The notes under the pieces: model-generated
The model's database searches: none
Told to the model about the DNA's origin: nothing
What the model saw: only the letters and a program-made list of their open reading frames with translations
In this document: piece after piece, positions 6,891 to 12,704 of the stretch
How the letters are laid out: each line of letters opens with the position of its first letter
Position numbering within the stretch: the stretch's first letter is position 1
DNA from: an uncultured Candidatus Saccharibacteria bacterium
Lineage (GTDB): Bacteria; Patescibacteriota; Minisyncoccia; Phycocordibacterales; SBAW01
DNA length: 35,416 nt
Assembly: GCA_964360085.1 (NCBI GenBank)
Contig: CAYHVJ010000002.1
Span: 1-35,416, forward strand
Reading direction: 5' to 3'
Position numbers and translations under genes: made by a program

Positions 6891-7682
6891 ATGGCGCTTT
6901 CGTCAGCTACCAAGAAGAAAATCCACGATTTCTTGAAGGAAAAAGTGGAGAAGAAAGTAAGTACATACACTTTGAGTGGAATGGACTCCGCGAAGCCTTT
7001 TCAGTACTCCTTGTTTACAAAATAAGGATACTTAGTTAAGGGGTTTATACACGGGTGTGAGACAGGCATGGGTAATTGGCATGAAACTATTGCAAAAATG
7101 GTATCTAGTGGGAATTTTGTGCACGCGAAAAAGTTACAGGGCAAATCTAGACTTGCAGGCGTTGTTACGGTGAAGGCTCAAAAAACATTTGAAGACATCC
7201 TTAGCGATCTAGACAGTGTTAGAAGGCGTCCAGACCATAAGAAGGAATCTCTTGAAATATATAAAGCAAGTACAAAAGGAAAAACAGTTGCCAGGTACCA
7301 GACTGTAGATTTGTACCTACAACGAAAAAATGGAGAAGAGATTTACTTGGAGATAAAAGGCCCGAAGCCAAATAAAAATGAGATGAGGGCAGCGAAAAGA
7401 GATTTGCTAGAAATTTATGCAATGAGAGCAGCGGCGGGTAAACGAGTAAAAATATTTCTCGGTATGTACTATAACCCGTACTTTCCCAGAAAGTATGATA
7501 GATGGACGTGCTTAAAGTTTTTCGATAATGGGCAGGATTTTTTGGTAGGTAAAGATTTTTGGGATTTCCTAGGTGGCAAAGGTGCCTATGAAGATTTGAT
7601 AACAATTTATGAGAGTGTGGGTAAAGAAATACGTCCTGCTTTAGAAAAGAAATTGAAAAGCATGAAGGGGAGTAAAAGATAA
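6891..7682 (+). pseudogene. PD-ExK type II restriction-endonuclease-like gene interrupted by one in-frame TAA (7023-7025)
   Basis: ORF 6891-7025 (44 aa, ...KPFQYSLFTK*) and ORF 7068-7682 are in the same frame, since 7068-6891=177. The catalytic pattern is VD81LYL-x-EIYLE95IK97GPKPN (nt 7308-7358). The ELK/EIK-x-PKPN look recalls the TdeIII family from memory only, unverified. Confidence 0.6.
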
Positions 7683-7698
7683 ACTCCTGAATTAGCTC
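7681..7698 (+). repeat. 18-bp direct repeat, copy 1 (AAACTCCTGAATTAGCTC)
   Basis: Matches 8280-8297 at 17/18. It starts inside the stop codon of the nuclease-like gene. Confidence 0.65.
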
Positions 7699-7729
7699 AG
7701 TAGTTAATTACGGATTAATATAGAGGCTC

Positions 7730-8302
7730 ATGAACCTACTGCACAAAACTACTGCGCCGGGGGAGAATAACCGCAAGGCGGATAACTCGGATAGGAAGGA
7801 GCTTTTTCCTAAAGACAAGCGGCCCCACCCCGCCGCTTATCACAAAGAGCAGTGGGCTTTTATTTCGGATATTTCTTTGCGGGAGAATATCGCTTATCAA
7901 ATGCAGTACCTCGAGTTTTCGGTCAACTTGTACAACGAGTACCAAATATACCTGACTATCGAGTCGCTTTTGTGCAAGGACATCCTCGGTGCGGTAGGGG
8001 GGATAGTCGAGGCCGCTCTGTTTGATATGATCTATACCGCCAAGACGGCCGCCGGCATGCCGATGGGCGTGCGCAACGACTTTGTCGCCCTGCTTGGCGA
8101 GGCGTACCACAGCTTTAAGTTTATCGACAAGGACATGTGGCATTACTTCCACGATCTGCGCAAAGTGCGCAACTATGTGCACCTCAAGGCGGCGGACTTC
8201 CAAGAGCACACCGCTTACACGGTAGAGGAGGCCAATGAGGCTCTCACTATGCTCGAAAAATTTCGCCGGAGCTTTGCCAAAACTCCTGAATTAACTCCAT
8301 AA
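7730..8302 (+). CDS. HEPN-like protein (candidate RNase / abortive-infection component)
   Basis: All-helical 190-aa protein with HDLRKVRNYVHL (R144-x6-H151, RN at 147-148; nt 8159-8182). This resembles the LRxxRNxxxH signature of HEPN/DUF4145-type domains. Confidence 0.5.
   Translation: MNLLHKTTAPGENNRKADNSDRKELFPKDKRPHPAAYHKEQWAFISDISLRENIAYQMQYLEFSVNLYNEYQIYLTIESLLCKDILGAVGGIVEAALFDMIYTAKTAAGMPMGVRNDFVALLGEAYHSFKFIDKDMWHYFHDLRKVRNYVHLKAADFQEHTAYTVEEANEALTMLEKFRRSFAKTPELTP
8280..8297 (+). repeat. 18-bp direct repeat, copy 2 (AAACTCCTGAATTAACTC)
   Basis: Lies within the last codons (KTPELTP*) of the HEPN-like gene. Confidence 0.65.
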
Positions 8303-8304
8303 AT

Positions 8305-8346
8305 AAAAAAAGCCCCCTTCCGGTATTTTGAGGGAGGGGGCTTTTT
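8305..8346. terminator. bidirectional rho-independent terminator at the right edge of the island
   Basis: An A-run, then GCCCCCTTCC-ggtattttga-GGGAGGGGGC, then TTTTT. It sits between convergent genes. Confidence 0.75.
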
Positions 8347-8358
8347 GTCGAACTGTCG

Positions 8359-8673
8359 TTAATCGACTAGTGCTGCACCAAAGACGAGGATTCCGTCGCG
8401 CATCTGCAGTGCGCTCCGCACGTAGAATTTAATCCACGCGCCTCGAGGCATAGGGTCGGAGAGTCCACGGTTTTCGTTTATGTGGAGACGGAGGTCTCCG
8501 TTCGGCAGTGTAATTTTTGGACCCCCTATCTGCGTAATGCTCCCGCGAGCAATAAAGCCGTAACCATTTGAGTCTTTGGTGAAGCATAACTGCCCCTTAA
8601 ACTGCGGGAGAGTCGCCACATTTACCATGTTCGGGGCTGCCTCACCCATGTCGAATTCGAGCGCACTTCTCAT
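8359..8673 (-). CDS. hypothetical protein with cold-shock-domain-like N-terminal segment
   Basis: I chose the start at MRSALEF because GGGGG lies 6 nt upstream. KGQLCFTKDSNGYGFIA resembles the GxVKWFNxxKGFGFI core of CSDs. Confidence 0.45.
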   Translation of the reverse strand: MRSALEFDMGEAAPNMVNVATLPQFKGQLCFTKDSNGYGFIARGSITQIGGPKITLPNGDLRLHINENRGLSDPMPRGAWIKFYVRSALQMRDGILVFGAALVD

Positions 8674-8754
8674 GCTAACCCCCTGTTGCAACAGATGGAA
8701 CAACTGCCGGTACTGTAGCAAAATTGGCCGGATTTGCCAGTCTAAGAACACCAA

Positions 8755-8774
8755 AACGAGTTCCGCAAAAAGTA
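8755..8774 (+). repeat. 20-bp perfect direct repeat, copy 1 (AACGAGTTCCGCAAAAAGTA)
   Basis: Identical to 9117-9136. The two copies bracket the DUF1059-like gene. Confidence 0.8.
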
Positions 8775-8803
8775 GGGGAGTATCATTGTGCTAAAATAGA
8801 TTT

Positions 8804-9040
8804 ATGAAAACTTTTACCTGTAAGGAGATTATGGATAACAAGGGCGGGTGCGACATGGAATTTAGCGGAGACGAAATGATGAAGGTGGCAGGCGCTTGTG
8901 GTCAACATGTCATGCAATCGACCGACGAGGCGCATAAGCCAATGCGCGACATGATGACAACTACGATGTCTAGTCCAAACGCAAAGGAAGAACAGGCAAA
9001 ATGGTTTACTTGGTTTCAAGGGCTCTGGGACTCAAAATAG
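8804..9040 (+). CDS. DUF1059-like small protein
   Basis: MKTFTCKEIMDNKGGCDMEFSGDE...AGACGQHVMQ matches the MKxFxCxD.G..Cdf...g DUF1059 pattern. TGcTAAAAT lies at 8789-8797, 6 nt before the ATG. Confidence 0.6.
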   Translation: MKTFTCKEIMDNKGGCDMEFSGDEMMKVAGACGQHVMQSTDEAHKPMRDMMTTTMSSPNAKEEQAKWFTWFQGLWDSK

Positions 9041-9088
9041 TTTTACAGTATTCTGCAAAAGAAACCGATTCCCCACACGGTGTGTACA

Positions 9089-9106
9089 AGTATTTTGCAA
9101 AATACT
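9089..9106. promoter_or_regulatory. 18-bp perfect palindrome AGTATTTTGCAAAATACT (site 2), candidate ArsR-family operator
   Basis: Part of a 29-nt repeat at 9085-9113 that matches 9500-9528 at 28/29. A degenerate copy lies at 9047-9064 (14/18). Confidence 0.55.
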
Positions 9107-9116
9107 GAAATAGATC

Positions 9117-9136
9117 AACGAGTTCCGCAAAAAGTA
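9117..9136 (+). repeat. 20-bp perfect direct repeat, copy 2
   Basis: Identical to 8755-8774. Confidence 0.8.
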
Positions 9137-9187
9137 ACTTGTAACAAAAAATATGCCGCGCTTTCGCGCGGCACTGCTGTGTCTTGG

Positions 9188-9391
9188 TTAGCCCAAAATT
9201 CCGGCTATCCATGCTGCGGGGATATAGAGGATGCAACCAAGCACCAGTAACGCCCCTGCTCCGTACCACGAGCAGCAGACGCACTGCACCAAAAGCTGCT
9301 CGTTCTTTTCGTCCCGGGCCTTTTCGTACTCGCTCCGGCGGTCGACCGGACGCGGGACCCTCTGTTTGGGAGGATACAAGTCTATAGGCAT
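9188..9391 (-). CDS. small (67-aa) membrane protein with CVCC cluster at the TM boundary
   Basis: Internal start with a GAGGAGG Shine-Dalgarno 6 nt upstream. The C-terminal TM is GAGALLVLGCILYIPAAWIAGIL, preceded by QCVCCSW. A hairpin plus T-run terminator lies at about 9152-9170 on the minus strand. Confidence 0.55.
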   Translation of the reverse strand: MPIDLYPPKQRVPRPVDRRSEYEKARDEKNEQLLVQCVCCSWYGAGALLVLGCILYIPAAWIAGILG

Positions 9392-9503
9392 ATTTACCTC
9401 CTCGTGAGGGGTGGATGAACTCGTCACCACCACTCTAACGCCGCACGCTTTTTTGTCCACCTACTCTATCTTTTATCTTTTTTATCCCCACCTGCCTTAT
9501 ACA

Positions 9504-9521
9504 AGTATTTTGCAAAATACT
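9504..9521. promoter_or_regulatory. 18-bp perfect palindrome AGTATTTTGCAAAATACT (site 3) in the divergent arsR-family promoter region
   Basis: It ends 15 nt upstream of the -10 hexamer TATAGG (9537-9542; the TGc of the TGcTATAGG box starts at 9534), which precedes ATG 9547. A further degenerate copy (16/18) lies at 9798-9815, upstream of the TspO gene. Confidence 0.6.
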
Positions 9522-9546
9522 GCAATAGAGCTATGCTATAGGTATC

Positions 9547-9822
9547 ATGAGTACGATAAATTATCGTCAGCTCGAGCGCATTGTAAAAGGCTTCGCTAAT
9601 CACCGGCGCCTGCAGATTCTAGAACTGCTCCGGCAAAGGCCGGAGCTGTCCGTCGTCGACATTTCCGAGACACTCAAGATAGGGTACGAGAACGCCTCCG
9701 ACCATCTGCGAAAGATGGCTATCGCCGGCCTGTTGCTAAAACGATACGAAGGCAACATCGTCCGCCACAAACTCACTCCCCGCGCCGAATCTATTCTAGT
9801 GTTTTGCAAAAGACTGCAATAG
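9547..9822 (+). CDS. ArsR/SmtB-family winged-helix transcriptional regulator
   Basis: FANHRRLQILELL...SVVDISETLKIGYENASDHLRKMAIAGLL is the classic ArsR HTH pattern. No ELCVC-type metal site was seen. Confidence 0.8.
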   Translation: MSTINYRQLERIVKGFANHRRLQILELLRQRPELSVVDISETLKIGYENASDHLRKMAIAGLLLKRYEGNIVRHKLTPRAESILVFCKRLQ

Positions 9823-9846
9823 AAAAGAGTACAGTACTATAAACAT

Positions 9847-10242
9847 ATGAACGAGCCGCAGACATACGCTCAATTTATACGCCCGTCGTGGGCGCCGCCC
9901 TCTTGGGTTTTTGGGCCGGTGTGGACTGTGCTGTACGCGATTATTATTGCCAGCTACGGTTACGTCGGCTGGCTGTACTGGCAGGGGAGGTTGCCGTTTA
10001 TGGTGCTGCTCCCTTTTATCCTCAACGTCATTTTTAATCTCGCGTTTACGCCGCTGCAGTTCGGGCTCAAAAGTAATATACTCGCGGCCGCAGACATCTT
10101 GCTGGTGCTCGGCACGCTTGTGTGGGCGCTCTGGGCTGTGTGGCCGTACGCACCATGGGTGTCGTACGCCAACCTCCCGTACCTTGCGTGGGTAAGCTTT
10201 GCCACGGTGCTCCAACTTACTATCACTAAGCTTAATTGGTAA
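9847..10242 (+). CDS. TspO/MBR family tryptophan-rich sensory protein (short form)
   Basis: PSWAPPSWVFGPVWTVLY is the signature. The protein is Trp-rich, multi-TM and 131 aa. Confidence 0.8.
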   Translation: MNEPQTYAQFIRPSWAPPSWVFGPVWTVLYAIIIASYGYVGWLYWQGRLPFMVLLPFILNVIFNLAFTPLQFGLKSNILAAADILLVLGTLVWALWAVWPYAPWVSYANLPYLAWVSFATVLQLTITKLNW

Positions 10243-10454
10243 TGCGGCGGGAGAGGAGAGGCTAGGGTATAGTGAGGATATGAATAACAAAAGAAGCGGC
10301 GGGAGGATGGACTTTAACGCGCGGCGTCCGCAGGCCTCGCGCATGCAGCCTGTTGTGCGCAAGGCAGGCATGCGCAATGCCAAAAAACCAAAGGGCGGCA
10401 AATAGGCAGGCAAACTGAGGCGCACACCCAATCTTCATGCGGCTTCATGTATCA

Positions 10455-10781
10455 ATGAAGGGTATGATATTTTTTCTTTTGGTCGGGGCTATACTCGGCG
10501 CTTTATCGGTTATTTTTGTCCTGCAGAACATTGTCCCTATCACGGTTACCTTTTTGACTTGGCAGATAGAGGGCTCGCTCGCGGTCGTATTGTTTTTGGC
10601 GATGATGAGCGGGATGTTTGTCGGGTTGTTGATGATTTTGCCCGGCCTTATCCGCGATGAGTTCCGGTACTCCAAGCTCAGGCAGGAAAAAAAGGAGGTC
10701 GAAGACGAGCTAACCACTACGCGCAAGGTTATCAACGAGGTGGCCGTCAACACCGCGGCGGCAGGACCGACTGTACTATAA
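10455..10781 (+). CDS. LapA-domain (DUF1049) inner-membrane protein
   Basis: Two TM helices with the ...FVLQN...VTFLTWQIEGSLAVV... pattern, then a charged coiled tail. Alternative starts are 10437 and 10464. Confidence 0.6.
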   Translation: MKGMIFFLLVGAILGALSVIFVLQNIVPITVTFLTWQIEGSLAVVLFLAMMSGMFVGLLMILPGLIRDEFRYSKLRQEKKEVEDELTTTRKVINEVAVNTAAAGPTVL

Positions 10782-10792
10782 TTAAACCGTTT

Positions 10793-11314
10793 ATGAAAAC
10801 GTCTGCTCTTATCGGGGTACTAGTAGTCGGGCTCGCCGGCATCGGCGTCTTTTATATTTAGACTACTCCACTGCAAGCGCCGAGCCCCGGAGGAAATTGG
10901 GTAGCCTGCACCGCCGACGCCATGCAGTGCCCCGACGGCTCTTATGTCGGCCGCACGGGCCCCGACTGCGAGTTTGTGTGTCCGACGGCCAGCTCAACAT
11001 CTTCTGGTATCAAAGGCACTGTCATGGCTGGCCCAACTTGCCCCGTCGAGCGCGACCCGCCCGACCCGCAGTGCGCCGACAAACCAATCCAAACCAATAT
11101 TTGGATTTCGAGCAAAATAAATCCGCAGCAGGTTATAGCGACCGCCTCCAGCGACACCGAAGGTGCGTTTCAAGTCTCTCTCCCGCCAGGGGAGTATGTG
11201 ATACAAGCGGGGAGCTCCGGAGTGCCGTATCCGCGTTGTAACGACACGTCGGCCACCGTCGGCCCCGCCGGCTATACTGCTGTGACAGTAAGCTGTGACA
11301 CCGGCATACGATAA
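10793..11314 (+). pseudogene. membrane-anchored Cys-rich / carboxypeptidase-regulatory-like-domain protein interrupted by in-frame TAG (10859-10861)
   Basis: ATG 10793 encodes the TM anchor MKTSALIGVLVVGLAGIGVFYI, then TAG. The same frame then continues TTPLQAPSPGGNWVACTADAMQCPDGSYVGRTGPDCEFVCP... to 11314. The listed ORF 10922-11314 lacks any signal or anchor. Confidence 0.5.
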
Positions 11315-11326
11315 AAGGTGTCGTAT

Positions 11327-11355
11327 TTGACAGGCTAATTTATATAGTGTATAGT
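11327..11355 (+). promoter_or_regulatory. consensus sigma70 promoter (TTGACA-17 nt-TATAGT)
   Basis: -35 at 11327-11332 and -10 at 11350-11355. Followed by a 38-nt leader with a GGGGGA Shine-Dalgarno before ATG 11394. Confidence 0.6.
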
Positions 11356-11393
11356 GTCGGCAGACATCAGATTTTTTAGCAAAGGGGGAACAG

Positions 11394-11999
11394 ATGAAAA
11401 GTTTAGTAATCGCCGCGTTGGCGCTTGGTCTTGCAGCATGTAGCACAGTGCGGCCTGACTTTGCCGGCCAGCTCCAAGGCCCCGTGCCTCCGGAAGAGGT
11501 GCTGGAACTTGCTCAGCTCACCTCGGTGCCTGTGGTACCGCAGGCTCGGCAAGCGACGCCGGCGATAGACTTGGCCATGTACGGTCCGGACACTATCGTG
11601 GTCAGCACGCGCGAGCGCAGGCTGTATCACACCGACGATGCGGGTGTAACACGCGTATATCGCGTCGGTGTCGGCCGCCCCGGCTTTACATGGGGCAAGA
11701 CGACGAAGATTTCCGCCAAAAAGGAGTGGCCCGAGTGGACCCCTCCGGAGGAGATGAGAGCGCGCGAGTTCATGGAGAATGGCCGCCTTCTCCCCGCACG
11801 CATGGAGGGCGGACCCGATAATCCGCTCGGCGCGCGAGCTCTCTACTTAGGCTCGACGCTCTACCGCATCCACGGCACCAACAACCTAGCCTCAATAGGG
11901 CGGGCGGAATCCTCAGGATGCTTCCGGATGATGAACAACGATGTCATCGACCTATACCGACGCGTGCGCGTCGGCACAAAAGTGGTCGTGCTCAACTAG
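11394..11999 (+). CDS. L,D-transpeptidase (YkuD domain) lipoprotein
   Basis: Lipobox LAACS. The YkuD catalytic region is YRIHGTNNLASIGRAESSGCFRMMNNDV. Confidence 0.85.
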   Translation: MKSLVIAALALGLAACSTVRPDFAGQLQGPVPPEEVLELAQLTSVPVVPQARQATPAIDLAMYGPDTIVVSTRERRLYHTDDAGVTRVYRVGVGRPGFTWGKTTKISAKKEWPEWTPPEEMRAREFMENGRLLPARMEGGPDNPLGARALYLGSTLYRIHGTNNLASIGRAESSGCFRMMNNDVIDLYRRVRVGTKVVVLN

Positions 12000-12005
12000 C
12001 GCAAA

Positions 12006-12029
12006 GGCTCCCATTGGGGAGCCTTTTTT
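12006..12029 (+). terminator. rho-independent terminator
   Basis: GGCTCCCC-att-GGGGAGCC followed by TTTTTT. Confidence 0.7.
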
Positions 12030-12056
12030 CTTTGTCTGTCGTATAATACTTTTTGC

Positions 12057-12641
12057 ATGGGAAAAATAATTTTAGGCTTAGCGGCAGTTGCCGCAGTGCT
12101 GGGCGCGGGTTATTGGTTTTTATTTATGAATGAACAAATTATGCAAGAAAGTACAAAAGAAAGTACAAAAGCGACGCTGCACACTACCAAGGGCGACGTT
12201 GTTATCGAGTTGCTCGGCGCAGACGCGCCCGACACGGTGGCGAACTTTACAAAGCTCGCAGGGAGCGGCTTTTATGACGGCACCAAGTTCCACCGCGTCA
12301 TCAAGGGCTTTATGATCCAAGGCGGCGACCCTTTGAGCAAAGACGACGCCAAGGCGGCACAGTGGGGGACAGGCGGCCCGGGCTACCAGTTTAAAGACGA
12401 GATACGCCCCGGCAACCGCAACGACATCGGCACCATTTCGATGGCCAACGCCGGCCCGAACACCAACGGCTCGCAGTTCTTTATCAACACGGCGGCCAAT
12501 AACTTTCTTGACACCAAGCACACCGTCTTCGGCAGGGTAGTGGCAGGCCTAGACGTGGTCAAGGCGATAGAAACAACCCCAACAGGGTCAAACGACCGCC
12601 CTGTAGAGCCCATGGTCATCACCTCTATTACGCTCGAGTAA
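12057..12641 (+). CDS. peptidyl-prolyl cis-trans isomerase, cyclophilin type, membrane-anchored
   Basis: FHRVIKGFMIQGGDP, MANAGPNTNGSQFFI and HTVFGRV motifs, plus an N-terminal TM helix. Confidence 0.9.
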   Translation: MGKIILGLAAVAAVLGAGYWFLFMNEQIMQESTKESTKATLHTTKGDVVIELLGADAPDTVANFTKLAGSGFYDGTKFHRVIKGFMIQGGDPLSKDDAKAAQWGTGGPGYQFKDEIRPGNRNDIGTISMANAGPNTNGSQFFINTAANNFLDTKHTVFGRVVAGLDVVKAIETTPTGSNDRPVEPMVITSITLE

Positions 12642-12643
12642 GA

Positions 12644-12670
12644 TATCCCCAAACTTGTGTATATTGTGTA
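12644..12670 (+). promoter_or_regulatory. lexA upstream element (tandem TTGTGTA), candidate operator
   Basis: TATCCCCAAACTTGTGTATATTGTGTA. A further AAACTTGTG at 12681-12689 overlaps the TGcTAAACT -10 box (12688-12696). Confidence 0.5.
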
Positions 12671-12704
12671 GTTGCGCGCAAAACTTGTGCTAAACTATGC
12701 GTAT

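Larger units (their letters stand above)
2160..8350. other. low-GC accessory (defence-type) island
   Basis: Composition drops sharply. For example, 3601-3660 is 17/60 GC while 13441-13500 is 40/60 GC (hand counts). All ORFs are on the + strand. Content is methyltransferase, nuclease-like genes, a HEPN-like gene, an AbrB-like gene and orphan ORFs. No integrase or transposase was seen. Confidence 0.7.

Noticed and set aside
9149-9187. 12-codon mini-ORF (ATG 9149) downstream of the second 20-bp repeat
   Set aside because: It coincides with the terminator hairpin of the minus-strand gene and has no independent support.
7023-10861. Stop-codon reassignment as the explanation for the two in-frame stops (TAA 7023, TAG 10859)
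   Set aside because: TAA and TAG each terminate many well-supported full-length genes here (for example lepA and murJ with TAA, and groEL and the methyltransferase with TAG). TGA also ends lexA and the sortase gene. Long conserved genes are intact under code 11, so the UGA-recoding codes are not indicated either.
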